The notes: generated by a model not told the origin, from the letters alone. 64,000 nt of DNA from Patescibacteria group bacterium (GCA_038061715.1 JBBTYP010000003.1:12034-76033); one strand, 5' to 3'; numbered from the stretch's first letter, positions 24,881 through 35,108 are shown. Made by a program: numbers and translations.

Positions 24881-27529
24881 CTACTTTTGGTAAATTGTCA
24901 TTGTGCCAGCACTAGGAGCAGTGGTGGTGAGAATTTCGCCCGTCTTAATGGTTACATCAGATAGGTTTCCAGCTGTGACGGAAGCGGTTGAGTAAGAAAT
25001 TCCGTAGGTTCCAGCGGGAAGGTTCCCGACTGTGAAACTTCCTGATCCAGTTGTCTTGACCACAACCACATACTTACCGTCTTTGTTAATAAAGGCTATC
25101 GCTTGTTTACCACTATTAGTAGTAGTGGCTCCGATGCGAACGGCTCCTTTGCGCACGTACTTAAATACTTGGGCAAGTTGTGGGGTTGCGTTAGCTAGCG
25201 TAATAATCGCATTTTGTGGATTCGCAATATTTGCTCTTAGGTAGTAACCCCCGTTGTCTTGGAGCGTAGTTTTTTGGGCTAGACCCCATTGTTGCCAAGA
25301 AGAAACGTTACCGATTGTGAGATCCTCCCATAGCTGATCAATACCAGCTCCGACTTTTTCTAACATCGCTGTTTTTAAGTTACTTGCCTTAGCAGTATTA
25401 GCAATACTCTGAATAGTCGAAACCTGTTGTGAGCCGTAACGGTGATACGCCAGTACGTCGAGCGATGAGATAATCCCTGCCACCTTTATCATGTCGTTAA
25501 AATACGGCAAGGTGTTCGCTTCGTTGGTGACGGACGGAGCGATGTACTCTGGATTAAATCCATTCGCACTCAATTTGCTTTTTACTGCCATCATTCCGTC
25601 ACCGAGTTGTTTACCTCTCCAACTCAAACTGTTTTCTGGTTCAAGATTGACTTCAAACGCATCGGGGGTAATTCCATATTTGTCGCGCATGTGGATGAAG
25701 AAGGCGAGGATTAATTCTGCAAACTCGTTTGGGTTGTTGGCGTGACTCAAAGAACCTTGTGAGCCCGTACCAAAATCAACATAGTTAATGTTTACATAAG
25801 GTTTCTCACCCTGCTTAGCCAATTCAGTCTTCATTGGTAACAGCAGATGTTCTACTTGGTAATCAAAGTATGAGAACTGGATCCCTGCCGCCGAAAGTGA
25901 ATTTGGATCGTTGTTATCATTAATTTTTTCGTAGTAACGGCCTTGAGTCTCTGTGTATGTCATTTGACCGTTAACAAAGCGGGGCCAGTAATCAACTGGG
26001 TTCTCCATTCCGCTGGTTATCTCTAATCGAACTCCGTTGAGGCCAGCCTTATTTACGAGCGCTGCTGCTACTGCTGTGTCATTCGCTATTCGAGAACCAT
26101 CGTAACGGTTATTTGCTTTGTCGATATCCCAACCTCGGTTCATTACCATCCAGGTGTCTATGGTTTGGAATTTACTACTTGGATTTATGTTAATAGTGGC
26201 AGAAGTCGGAGTTGGTGTTGGGGTAGGTGTAGGGGTAGGTGTTGGTGTTGGTGTTGGAGTCGGTACTGGTGCAGGCGGAGTTGTGTTCCCTCCCGAGACC
26301 CGGGTGAGAAACTCTTCCGCACTCCAACCATCAAGTCCGGCAGCGTAGTCGATTTTCCACCACCAAATATTGTTGGCGTACGATGGGCCTCCAACTACTG
26401 TTCCTGTCGAGCCCTTTGGTTGATATCCGAGCCATTGTCCATAAGCAAGAGTACGAACCGAAAGCTGATTACTAGTTACGGTAACCTTGTCTTGAAGAGT
26501 AAACTTGGTACTCAAAGGAACTCTATCTGATGTTTGTGGGCTTTCTAACACTAAGGAAAGGAAGTTCTCGGCGCTCCAACCATCTGCTCCCGAATCGTAA
26601 TCGACTTTTCGCCACCATAGGTTGTTGGTGTAAGTTGGACCACCAACAATAGTTCCTCGCATATGCCGATTTTGAGATCCGATTTGATTACCGTTGGCCG
26701 CGTCACGCACCAAGAGCGGTGCGTCTACCGTGACCGCACGGTCGTTAAGTTGAAATTTACTGCTCCCGACTGGTGTAGTTGATGGTGGGGTATCAATAAC
26801 AGGGGGTAGTGTTGTCGGTGTTGGTTTTGGAGTTGGGGTTGGAGTTGGGGTTGGGGATGGGGTCTCTACTGGTACTGGTAATGGTGTCGGTTCTGGTGTC
26901 GGTTTCGGGGTTGGGGTCTCTGTTGGGGTTGGCGTAGCGGTAGGGCTAGGAGCTGGAGTTGTTTCTCCGATCTTTTCAAAGCGTACAGCATCAACCGACA
27001 CATTGGACATAGTGCCAGTTAAGGCCGTAAAGCTAACGCTGGCTTCCTTAGTAGCCGAAAAAGTGTAGTCGCCGTGGAGTATCCACTGCCCACCTCCACT
27101 GCGCTCTGAGAAGTTTTTTTCTGCCACACCGTTGGCGTGAGTCACTGAAACCGGCACTTTATCAGCATATTTTTCGTTGCTCACGTAACGTACCGATACT
27201 CGGTAAAGACCGTCGCTTGGAAGGGTGGTGAAGAAAGTAAAGTTCCGCGTTGGGTTACTTCCAACCCACTCGGTATAAAAGTCGGAACCATAGTAACCCG
27301 AGGAAGGGGTATCATTACTCTCCCATTTCCCACCGTCTCTTCTAGTGTGAGCGGTATCGTTGTTATCAATAACAATGGGTGAGGATTGAGAATTAGAAAC
27401 GGCAGCCGCCTGGGTATTTGTGTCATCGGTAACAGTCAGCGGCGCTGTGTCAGTCTTAAAGAAGACATAGGCTCCGACCGCAATCAGAACGAGAACAAAT
27501 AATAATAGGCTGATGGTTTTTTTACTCAT
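24881..27529 (-). CDS. Secreted modular protein: golvesin/CBM-like domain, Pro-Thr linkers, two SH3b-like repeats, C-terminal clan-A glycoside hydrolase-like (GH30-type) domain
   Basis: N-terminal TM; VIDNND...DAVRF; two WW.VDY..G.DGWSAE.FL repeats; NLEPE, AYHRY, MLE. Confidence 0.65.
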   Translation of the reverse strand: MSKKTISLLLFVLVLIAVGAYVFFKTDTAPLTVTDDTNTQAAAVSNSQSSPIVIDNNDTAHTRRDGGKWESNDTPSSGYYGSDFYTEWVGSNPTRNFTFFTTLPSDGLYRVSVRYVSNEKYADKVPVSVTHANGVAEKNFSERSGGGQWILHGDYTFSATKEASVSFTALTGTMSNVSVDAVRFEKIGETTPAPSPTATPTPTETPTPKPTPEPTPLPVPVETPSPTPTPTPTPKPTPTTLPPVIDTPPSTTPVGSSKFQLNDRAVTVDAPLLVRDAANGNQIGSQNRHMRGTIVGGPTYTNNLWWRKVDYDSGADGWSAENFLSLVLESPQTSDRVPLSTKFTLQDKVTVTSNQLSVRTLAYGQWLGYQPKGSTGTVVGGPSYANNIWWWKIDYAAGLDGWSAEEFLTRVSGGNTTPPAPVPTPTPTPTPTPTPTPTPTPTSATININPSSKFQTIDTWMVMNRGWDIDKANNRYDGSRIANDTAVAAALVNKAGLNGVRLEITSGMENPVDYWPRFVNGQMTYTETQGRYYEKINDNNDPNSLSAAGIQFSYFDYQVEHLLLPMKTELAKQGEKPYVNINYVDFGTGSQGSLSHANNPNEFAELILAFFIHMRDKYGITPDAFEVNLEPENSLSWRGKQLGDGMMAVKSKLSANGFNPEYIAPSVTNEANTLPYFNDMIKVAGIISSLDVLAYHRYGSQQVSTIQSIANTAKASNLKTAMLEKVGAGIDQLWEDLTIGNVSSWQQWGLAQKTTLQDNGGYYLRANIANPQNAIITLANATPQLAQVFKYVRKGAVRIGATTTNSGKQAIAFINKDGKYVVVVKTTGSGSFTVGNLPAGTYGISYSTASVTAGNLSDVTIKTGEILTTTAPSAGTMTIYQK

Positions 27530-27644
27530 AAGTAAGGTGCGAAAATTAATAGTGGGCTTTTTATAAGGTACTTTACTATTGTATCAGCTCAATATAGCAC
27601 CAAAACTGAGTCTGTGAGCAACAGCCGCCCCCTTACTTTAATCT

Positions 27645-28409
27645 TTACTGACTTTTCGCCTCAAAGTGGCTGATAGTACCGTCACTATGGGTAAGCGTAA
27701 GTGTGGCACCTAAGTGGGTCACGCTCAGAGTACCTACAAACTGTTGGGTAAACTCCATCTCTTGCGAACCTTCACAAAACATTTTGGTCATGGCTAGAGC
27801 ACCAATCGAAATTGTCCCATCAGTCTCGGTATAATTGCCTTTAAAGCCATTGCAGTCAGTAGCGCCGCTAATGGTGCCATCGGTAAAAGTGACCGCGAAC
27901 ACACCTGGCTGCTTGGGTGTTAGGCTATGGTCTTCTTTAATTGTTTCAATCCAAACATAGGTACCTGACAAACTACCCACTGGGGTGGTAGTGGACATTT
28001 CCAGTGTCGAGCTGGCAGCGTCACTTGGTAGATAAATTTCTTGATTCTGGCCAACAAAAAGTGTTCTTCGGCCGCGTTGTAATGTCACTTCATCGCCTTT
28101 GTTCCAAAGCGAGAGATTTTCGCTTTGGTTTTCATACTTAGCGCCAGAAGCGGCTTCAACTTGCATAAATAACAAGTTGCTGTAACCCTTACCATTTAGG
28201 AGCGCCGTGCTAGTACCGAAGGTCACAAATATAGAATCGCCAGTTTCGGTAGAAATGAACGCCACCGGAGTCGGAGAAATAGCTGGCGGAGCTGCTATTT
28301 CTTGTTCGCTTAAGTCCTGTATGTTTGGTCTGGTGATTAACCAGGCAACACAGATAGTCCCAAAGAGTAGCAGGCCTCCTAATACTGTTGCTTTTACGAA
28401 ACTGCTCAT
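27645..28409 (-). CDS. MliC (lysozyme inhibitor)-like plus META domain protein
   Basis: AASGAKY...LWNKG; DCNGFKGNY...AMTKMFC. Confidence 0.8.
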   Translation of the reverse strand: MSSFVKATVLGGLLLFGTICVAWLITRPNIQDLSEQEIAAPPAISPTPVAFISTETGDSIFVTFGTSTALLNGKGYSNLLFMQVEAASGAKYENQSENLSLWNKGDEVTLQRGRRTLFVGQNQEIYLPSDAASSTLEMSTTTPVGSLSGTYVWIETIKEDHSLTPKQPGVFAVTFTDGTISGATDCNGFKGNYTETDGTISIGALAMTKMFCEGSQEMEFTQQFVGTLSVTHLGATLTLTHSDGTISHFEAKSQ

Positions 28410-28560
28410 ACCTGAATAATGGCCTATTTTAAGTAATTTTCCAAGTTCAATTATGCCTATTTATTGACTTTTTGTCTAAAATATGATATCATTCAAAGTT
28501 GGGAGAATACTTATATGGCGATCAAAATGACGCCGTTCAACAATAAGGGGTACCTTGAAA

Positions 28561-30066
28561 ATGAACCATATAATCAAACGTCCCCGGCTATCGCTGTGGG
28601 ACAAAGTCAAGGCTGCCACCCGTTGGTGCCTTGTCCCTCCAATCCCTGAAGAGGTGTTAGTCCGTGAAGCCGACTATCGTCGCGGCCTGGATAACTTCGG
28701 CCCAATCTACGGCCGATGGCTCGCTCTGCGAGCAGTCGTAGAAGCTGAAATCGAAGCTTTTTTGAGTGCGATCTACGTCCGCCGGCAATATCAGCCGGTG
28801 CGACACGTCTTGTTCGCACGAGAACGCAGGCTATTTGTAGTTCTCATCGGCACAGTTGTGCTGATATTTGCTGCTAATGCCAACGCGGAAAAGCGGCTGC
28901 TGCCGCAATTCTCCGTCTCGATTGATGAGTTGTCGGCTTCGGTGACTGATTTCCTAATCAAACCAGACAATTGGCTGAGTGGTCCGGCTTCCCTCACGGG
29001 CAGTCGAGCCTCCGTCCTCGGTGCGTTTCATTACGCTAAAGAGGCTCGCTATGCTTTTGCTGCCAATAATGCTGAACGCGACCGCTTGGTCGCCAACGGC
29101 ACTTTGGTAAAGCTTGAGGGTCCATACCTTGAGCTGATTGACGTGTCGAGCCCTTACGTCTTGCCGGTGGTGGCGAAATCCACCAATCGACTCGGACAGC
29201 AATACGCTGAGCAGGGTTGTGGCAAATTGAAAGTTTCAAGCGGCATGAGACCGCTCGATTTTCAAAAGACAATCAAACACGGCTCCAGCCTATCGGTTCA
29301 TCCGACTGGTATGGCGGTTGACTTGCGTCGAATCGTCCCCGAGAACAAAGAGCAAATCACTTGCCTTAACTGGCTCGCGAAAACGCTCCAAGCCATCGAG
29401 GCCGACGGTCGAGTCGACGCCACAGCCGAGACAAGACCGGAGCGACACTTTCATGTGGTCGCCGTGCCGCATGTCTACGAAGCCTGGCTGGCGACTTTAC
29501 CGCCACAACTCGATCCTGACGTGAAATGGTTGGCAACGACGCTTCATTTTGAAGCCGCACCAAACGAACTAACGGAAGGCTATCGGGCCATCGCGTGGGT
29601 AATCCGCAATCGGGTGCGTTCGAGCGAATTCCCCAACACCACCATCGAGGTGGTAGCTGAGGGAGCCGCTGGTCTTAGTACCGGTGGTTGCCAGTTCAGC
29701 TTCATGTGTGACGGTAAGCAGGAGGATATCTATGAACCCTGCAAGACGCCGAACCCGCTCATGACGCGGTATTGGTTAAATAAATGCGCTGAACGTTGGG
29801 AGGTGGTGGTCAACATCGCCAAACAAGTTCTCGCTGAACCAGAAACCAATGACCCGACTGGGGGTGCGGTATTGTATTACGCCGCATCCATGCCAAAGGC
29901 ACCCGCTTGGTCAATGCGGAGGGTTGAGACAAGGAGGCGTGAAGACGGTTCCAAGTATCAAATCGCGCTTGCTAATGGGGACTTGAAAACAGGAACCATC
30001 AAGCAAATCGGTAGCCATATTTTTGGCTGCTCGATTTTCCGTGGCAAAGACGCCTGTCGATCATAA
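28561..30066 (+). CDS. Dual cell-wall hydrolase: M15-like (DUF5715) peptidase plus SleB/Hydrolase_2 domain
   Basis: SSGMR...SVHPTGMAVDL...HFHV; TLHFEA...VIRNRV...CQFSF.CDG...DPTGGA..Y...IGSHIF. Confidence 0.8.
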   Translation: MNHIIKRPRLSLWDKVKAATRWCLVPPIPEEVLVREADYRRGLDNFGPIYGRWLALRAVVEAEIEAFLSAIYVRRQYQPVRHVLFARERRLFVVLIGTVVLIFAANANAEKRLLPQFSVSIDELSASVTDFLIKPDNWLSGPASLTGSRASVLGAFHYAKEARYAFAANNAERDRLVANGTLVKLEGPYLELIDVSSPYVLPVVAKSTNRLGQQYAEQGCGKLKVSSGMRPLDFQKTIKHGSSLSVHPTGMAVDLRRIVPENKEQITCLNWLAKTLQAIEADGRVDATAETRPERHFHVVAVPHVYEAWLATLPPQLDPDVKWLATTLHFEAAPNELTEGYRAIAWVIRNRVRSSEFPNTTIEVVAEGAAGLSTGGCQFSFMCDGKQEDIYEPCKTPNPLMTRYWLNKCAERWEVVVNIAKQVLAEPETNDPTGGAVLYYAASMPKAPAWSMRRVETRRREDGSKYQIALANGDLKTGTIKQIGSHIFGCSIFRGKDACRS

Positions 30067-30077
30067 GGAGAAGGAGT

Positions 30078-30767
30078 ATGAAGAAGCAGTTCCTCATCAT
30101 TGCTGGTGTTTTTTTCGCTGGCGTGGGAGCTATCCCAACCTACCAGCACCTGACCACCCCATTGGTGGTGCCAGTGCCGGTTTTCACCCCGAATGAAAAA
30201 CCAATCTTGGTCTCGGCCGAGGAAATCGCGGCGGCGGTGCGGGCGGATGCCTTCTTGGTGTCATCCCGCAGCAAAGCCACTGCGGTGGCGGTGGTGAAGT
30301 CGGGTGTCGACATCAGTTCCGACACTCCGACTGACGGCTGGGGGGCTTGGTTGCGACAATGGTGGAATTACCACACTACGCGCGACCGATTGACGGCTGA
30401 AGTGAGTGGTGAGGTGCTGGCGGGTTTCGACCTCAAGCAAATCACTGCCGCCAATGTCGTCAAAAATACCGACGACGAGGTGGTCTTCAATCTGGGTACG
30501 CCAGAATTCATGGGCGTGCTCAACGACGAGATGGCCACCAAGACCATCAAGCGGGAGACCGGTTGGTTTCGTCTCAAGGATGAGACCCTGCTGCTGGCCG
30601 CCCAGGCTTTGGGTGAACCAGCACTGCAGTCAAGCGCCTGCCACGACGGTGCTCTTCGCACCGCCGGTGAGTCGGGGACGGAAGTCGTGCGACGCATCAA
30701 CAATTATTTGCGTTTGCGAGGCTCTCGCCGAAGCGTTCAAGTGATCTTTACGCCACGCTCATGCTAA
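30078..30767 (+). CDS. DUF4230-like membrane-anchored protein
   Basis: GEVLAGFDL, RETGWF; AAGGAG RBS; operonic with the hydrolase. Confidence 0.65.
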   Translation: MKKQFLIIAGVFFAGVGAIPTYQHLTTPLVVPVPVFTPNEKPILVSAEEIAAAVRADAFLVSSRSKATAVAVVKSGVDISSDTPTDGWGAWLRQWWNYHTTRDRLTAEVSGEVLAGFDLKQITAANVVKNTDDEVVFNLGTPEFMGVLNDEMATKTIKRETGWFRLKDETLLLAAQALGEPALQSSACHDGALRTAGESGTEVVRRINNYLRLRGSRRSVQVIFTPRSC

Positions 30768-30850
30768 ATGGGCTGGCGAAACTTTCAAGGGCTCCGCCTC
30801 GACTTTATGTCGTGCGGAGCCCTTTCTTTTATGTTTTCTATAGGACCTTC

Positions 30851-30872
30851 TCACTATCATATATGATAGTGA
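30851..30872. repeat. 22-bp perfect palindrome, copy 1
   Basis: TCACTATCATATATGATAGTGA. Confidence 0.8.
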
Positions 30873-30882
30873 CCGATTATTT

Positions 30883-31377
30883 TTATTTCAGATAACTGTC
30901 GAAATAGATTGCATGGCAAGTATACCCTCCCGCATTTTTTTGCAAGTAATCCTGGTGGTAATCTTCAGCTGGCCAAAAGCGAGTTAATGGTTCTAGGGTA
31001 GTCACGACTGGACCTTGCCACCGCTCTGATTCGTTTACAATCTCTATCATCTCTTCCGCTGTTTTTTTCTCTTCATCGTTGGCATAGAAAATGGCCGACC
31101 GATATGAAGTTCCTTTGTCGTTTCCTTGTTGATTGAAAGTAGTTGGATTATGAATCTGAAAAAAGAAATCCAGAAGATTTTTGTATGAAGTTACTGTCGG
31201 GTCATAGGTAATCTCCACTGCCTCGGCGTGCCCAGGATGAAATTCGTAAGTTGGGTTTTCATTTTTCCCTCCGGCGTAGCCAGCTTCCGTGTCGATGACC
31301 CCGGGTTGGGTGCGAAGGAGATCTTCGAGTCCCCAGAAGCAGCCGCCAGCCAGTACAGCTTTTTTGAGTTCAGTCAT
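30883..31377 (-). CDS. msrA: Peptide-methionine (S)-sulfoxide reductase
   Basis: [20 protein letters not shown]. Confidence 0.96.
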   Translation of the reverse strand: MTELKKAVLAGGCFWGLEDLLRTQPGVIDTEAGYAGGKNENPTYEFHPGHAEAVEITYDPTVTSYKNLLDFFFQIHNPTTFNQQGNDKGTSYRSAIFYANDEEKKTAEEMIEIVNESERWQGPVVTTLEPLTRFWPAEDYHQDYLQKNAGGYTCHAIYFDSYLK

Positions 31378-31380
31378 AAC

Positions 31381-31785
31381 TTATTTATTATTCATTTCTA
31401 GAGAAATACCGTTAATGCAGTAGCGGTCGTGTCGACCAAAATCGCGTTCGCCTTCACCCTTCCGCTCTGGTCCATCAGGGAACACGTGTCCGAGATGAGC
31501 TTTGCAATTGGCACAACGTACTTCGGTACGACGCATACCGTGACTGCTGTCATGAACCAAAATCACCGCCTTTTTGTCTACCGGGTCGGTAAATGACGGC
31601 CAGCCCGAGCCGGAGTCAAACTTTGTATCAGAATCAAATAGCACCGCCTGACAGATCGCACAATGAAACATCCCTTCATCGTCAATGTGGAGTAAGTCAC
31701 TGGAGTGCGGAGCCTCTGTACCACCCTCCCTAGCCACGCGATATAACTCTGGATTGTCTTTCTTCAATTGTTCATCTGTCTTCAT
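31381..31785 (-). CDS. msrB: Peptide-methionine (R)-sulfoxide reductase
   Basis: KFDSGSGWPSF, HLGHVF.DGP, RYCING; two CxxC. Confidence 0.96.
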   Translation of the reverse strand: MKTDEQLKKDNPELYRVAREGGTEAPHSSDLLHIDDEGMFHCAICQAVLFDSDTKFDSGSGWPSFTDPVDKKAVILVHDSSHGMRRTEVRCANCKAHLGHVFPDGPERKGEGERDFGRHDRYCINGISLEMNNK

Positions 31786-31890
31786 AGATATGTATAATTA
31801 GATGTTAAGTCGACTTTACTACGAATAGTTTACATCTTTATTTCAAATTGACAAAGAAAAAGTCCCCTAGCGGGGACTTTTTCTTTGGTT

Positions 31891-32154
31891 TTATTGAGCT
31901 TTCTTAATACGAGCGCTGAGACGAGACTTTTTGCGAGCGGCAGTGTTGTCCTTGATGACGCCCCGCTTGGCGGCCTTGTCGATGGCTTTGTAGGCGGCTG
32001 GAAGAAGTTCCTTAGCCTTGGTAACATCACCAGCTACCACCGCTTTGTTGATGTCCTTGGTTACATCTTTCATGGCAGTCTTGCGGCGAAGGTTGAACAC
32101 CTGCTTGCGCTTAGACCCTCGTAGTGCTTTTTCTGCTCCTTTAGTGATTGGCAT
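31891..32154 (-). CDS. rpsT: 30S ribosomal protein S20
   Basis: IDKAAKRGVIKDNTAARKKSRL. Confidence 0.96.
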   Translation of the reverse strand: MPITKGAEKALRGSKRKQVFNLRRKTAMKDVTKDINKAVVAGDVTKAKELLPAAYKAIDKAAKRGVIKDNTAARKKSRLSARIKKAQ

Positions 32155-32247
32155 AATAATTTAAATTTGAAGTGGGCATACTGTACCCCAGGACCAGAAA
32201 AATGGCAAGTATTCGCCTATTCCCTTTTTGGCTTGTACAATACTCAC

Positions 32248-32820
32248 ATGATTCGAATGTTAGTGGGGGAAATTGTGGTGGTGGCTGATGGATATGTCAC
32301 GGTGCTGGTGGGAGGGGTGGGATATCTTGTCGGAACCAATACTAAAGGAGTGGCGTTTCGCGTCGGCGACCCTGTCACTCTGCACACTCACCTAGCCGTC
32401 CGCGAAACAGCGCTCGACCTTTATGGATTCGTATCGATTTCTGAACTCGATATTTTCGAACTCCTTATGCAGGTACCAAAGATTGGTCCGAAGTCATCAC
32501 TGCAGATAATGAATCAGGCAAGCCCGACCCTTCTACTTGAAGCGATTGGCAAAAAGGACGCCGCTTATCTGCACAAGTTGTCTGGTATTGGAAAGAAAAC
32601 CTGTGAAAACATTGTGCAGTTCCTGCATGACAAGGTAGAGGGAATGGCCTTTGCTATGGACCTTGATGTCACTAGTGGCCTGACTGAAGCCCAAACCGAC
32701 GCGATTGATGCGCTGGTTTCACTCGGCTACGATCTGACCTCAGCCCGGACTTCAGTGAAGGATCTAGCTGGTGAAACCGCAAACGACCTCATCAGACAAG
32801 CTCTCAAACAAATGCCTTAA
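32248..32820 (+). CDS. ruvA: Holliday junction DNA-binding protein RuvA
   Basis: VGGVGY, VRE...LYGF, IGPK, GIGKKT, AL..LGY; start at M28. Confidence 0.95.
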   Translation: MIRMLVGEIVVVADGYVTVLVGGVGYLVGTNTKGVAFRVGDPVTLHTHLAVRETALDLYGFVSISELDIFELLMQVPKIGPKSSLQIMNQASPTLLLEAIGKKDAAYLHKLSGIGKKTCENIVQFLHDKVEGMAFAMDLDVTSGLTEAQTDAIDALVSLGYDLTSARTSVKDLAGETANDLIRQALKQMP

Positions 32821-32947
32821 CCCTTCCTTACCTTGTCATACAGGTTCTGCAAACTTCGGTTTCTAGATTAATAAATGACATAAGGCTCACACTGCCTAGT
32901 TATTTTCAAACGCTGCCCATCATATAATAAAAGGACCGTTTTATTTT

Positions 32948-34222
32948 ATGGACAACATTCGAACTTTCATCAAAAAATATTTACCTGTTTCACTTTTTCG
33001 AGTACTCCAGCCACACTACCATCTGGCGTTAGCTTGGTGGGGCGCAGTGAAGTACAATCACCCTTCACGACAAATCACTGTCATTGCAATAACTGGCACT
33101 AAAGGCAAATCCACTACTACCGAACTCATCGCTCACATTCTTCGTGGTAGTGGAAAGAAAGTTGCTTCCCTCTCAACTATTCAATTTGTGATTGGCGACT
33201 CCGCGTCCCGCAATCTGTTTAAGATGACAACCCCTGGCCGCTTTTTCGTGCAGAAGTTTTTGCGACAAGCAGTTACGGCTGGCTGTACGTATGCGGTGCT
33301 CGAAATGTCCTCTGAAGGTGCTCGGCAGTTCAGGCACAGATTCATCGACTTTGATGCGTTAGTGTTTACCAACCTCTCACCTGAGCACATCGAATCCCAC
33401 GGCTCATTTGAAAAATACAAAGCGGCCAAGCTCTCGATTGCACACGCAGTATCACAATCAACCAAACGACCGCGTATCATCGTCTCTAACGTTGACGATG
33501 TACATGGAGACGATTTTCTTAATCTTGAAGCCGAAAAGAAAATTCCTTATGCCCTGGCAAATCTATCGCTACACACACTACACAAAGACAGTGTTAGTCT
33601 GGTTCTTGATGGCGTAACTATTCGGGTACCGATTGTTGGTCTATTTAATGTCTACAACACTCTAGCCGCTATTAAGCTCGCTCGAGCTTTGGGGGTTACG
33701 CTCGAAGCTGCGGCCGAAATCCTACGTACTATCCCTCCGATTAAAGGCCGGGTTGAACAATTTGAAAGTGGTAAGGATAAGTCGAAGCAACTAACTGCGG
33801 TCGTCGATTATGCCCATACGGTCGACTCACTTGAAAAGCTCTATCAGGCCTTTCCCGACCAACCGAAGGTGTGTGTCCTTGGTAACACTGGCGGCGGGCG
33901 CGACACTTGGAAGCGCCCCGAGATGGCAGCGGTAGCGGAAAAGTATTGTGACCATGTAATCCTTACCAATGAAGACCCTTACGATGAAGACCCGAAAAAA
34001 ATTATTGATGACATGGTCAAGGGGATGTCGAGTACAGAGAAACTAACCATTATCATGGACCGTCGTGAAGCCATCAAAAAAGCGCTTGAGCTGGCTCCTC
34101 CAGGTGGTTACGTCCTGGTCTCTGGCAAGGGCACCGACCCCTACATTATGGAAGCCGGGGGCAAGAAGACTCCTTGGAGTGATGCGGAAGTAGTGAAAGA
34201 ATTATTGGCTGAATTAAAGTAA
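32948..34222 (+). CDS. murE: MurE-like Mur ligase
   Basis: TGTKGKSTT, EMSS, NLSPEH, VDYAH, GGGRD, SGKG. Confidence 0.8.
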   Translation: MDNIRTFIKKYLPVSLFRVLQPHYHLALAWWGAVKYNHPSRQITVIAITGTKGKSTTTELIAHILRGSGKKVASLSTIQFVIGDSASRNLFKMTTPGRFFVQKFLRQAVTAGCTYAVLEMSSEGARQFRHRFIDFDALVFTNLSPEHIESHGSFEKYKAAKLSIAHAVSQSTKRPRIIVSNVDDVHGDDFLNLEAEKKIPYALANLSLHTLHKDSVSLVLDGVTIRVPIVGLFNVYNTLAAIKLARALGVTLEAAAEILRTIPPIKGRVEQFESGKDKSKQLTAVVDYAHTVDSLEKLYQAFPDQPKVCVLGNTGGGRDTWKRPEMAAVAEKYCDHVILTNEDPYDEDPKKIIDDMVKGMSSTEKLTIIMDRREAIKKALELAPPGGYVLVSGKGTDPYIMEAGGKKTPWSDAEVVKELLAELK

Positions 34223-34295
34223 ATTACCGAGCAACAAGTTGACGAGGTCTTCTGAACAAACGAGCAAAGAACGGCGGCCTTCGGCTGCCGTTCTT

Positions 34296-34757
34296 TTAAG
34301 TTATCCCATGGTAGAGAACAATCCCTGCCGTTACCGACACATTTAGCGACTCCTTTTGACCAAGCATTGGCAACTCTATGATCACATCAGCCAACTCAAG
34401 GGTCTCTTTTGAAACACCTTCAATTTCGTTGCCGACAATGTAGGCAACATGTTCTGGCTCTTTAAAGTCCTTGAGTAATATACTCCCCTTTGCTAGCTCG
34501 ACAGCTGCCACGGTTACACCGCTTATTTGTAGCTTCTCTATCACTTCCTTTGTGGTCGCCATCTGCTCCCACAGCATGGTTTCGCTGGCACCAAGCGACG
34601 TCTTTTTAATTTCTGATTGCACTCGCCCAAATCTATCTATTGGCGTTGGTGTATAGCCCACCAAAAATATCTTCGCCACTCCGGCGGCATCGGCAGTCCG
34701 AAAAATCGCTCCGACATTGTACGCACTTCTGATGTCTTCGAGGATTATGTATTTCAC
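34296..34757 (-). CDS. TrmH/SpoU family RNA methyltransferase
   Basis: NVGAIFRTAD, GNE..G, SLNVSV; GTG start. Confidence 0.9.
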   Translation of the reverse strand: MKYIILEDIRSAYNVGAIFRTADAAGVAKIFLVGYTPTPIDRFGRVQSEIKKTSLGASETMLWEQMATTKEVIEKLQISGVTVAAVELAKGSILLKDFKEPEHVAYIVGNEIEGVSKETLELADVIIELPMLGQKESLNVSVTAGIVLYHGIT

Positions 34758-34866
34758 AATGGTAGCGTAGCAAAGAAAAATAACTTTTACGAGATGTTTG
34801 ATTTTTAAGACTAAAATGTTATAGTTTTGCCACTTTGGAAACAAAGAATTAACCGAGCAAAAATAT

Positions 34867-34933
34867 CCGCCCTTAGCTCAGTCGGTAGCTTGGGGAGCAT
34901 CCCATGCTTCCCAACCCTTGATTAAGGAGATGG
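34867..34933 (+). pseudogene. Partial tandem copy of tRNA-Lys 5' half interrupted by a hairpin
   Basis: 22-nt identity CCGCCCTTAGCTCAGTCGGTAG, hairpin TTGGGGAGCAT-ccc-ATGCTTCCCAA, then TTAAGGAGATGG. Confidence 0.75.
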
Positions 34934-34960
34934 GTCGATATAAATTAAGGAAGAATATTT

Positions 34961-35033
34961 CCGCCCTTAGCTCAGTCGGTAGAGCGGCTCCCTTTTAAGG
35001 AGATGGTCCCAGGTTCGAGCCCTGGAGGGCGGA
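34961..35033 (+). tRNA. tRNA-Lys(TTT)
   Basis: CTCC-CTTTTAA-GGAG anticodon arm, GGTTCGAGCCC. Confidence 0.93.
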
Positions 35034-35038
35034 CAAGT

Positions 35039-35070
35039 GAAAAGCCCCAGACTTATGTCTGGGGCTTTTC
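35039..35070. terminator. Bidirectional terminator
   Basis: GAAAAGCCCCAGAC-ttat-GTCTGGGGCTTTTC. Confidence 0.8.
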
Positions 35071-35108
35071 TTTTTTCGTCCCCCTTAGTAACAAGAGGTG
35101 AGTTTGAG

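Noticed and set aside
26200-26960. Tandem GGTGTT/GGGGTT-like repeats (also ~36130-36220 and ~36820-36910)
   Set aside because: They encode Pro-Thr linkers inside secreted proteins, with synonymous variation.
30851-30872. Palindrome as an NrdR box, canonical parS or dif site
   Set aside because: Spacing and sequence do not fit those consensuses, and neither copy is near nrd genes.
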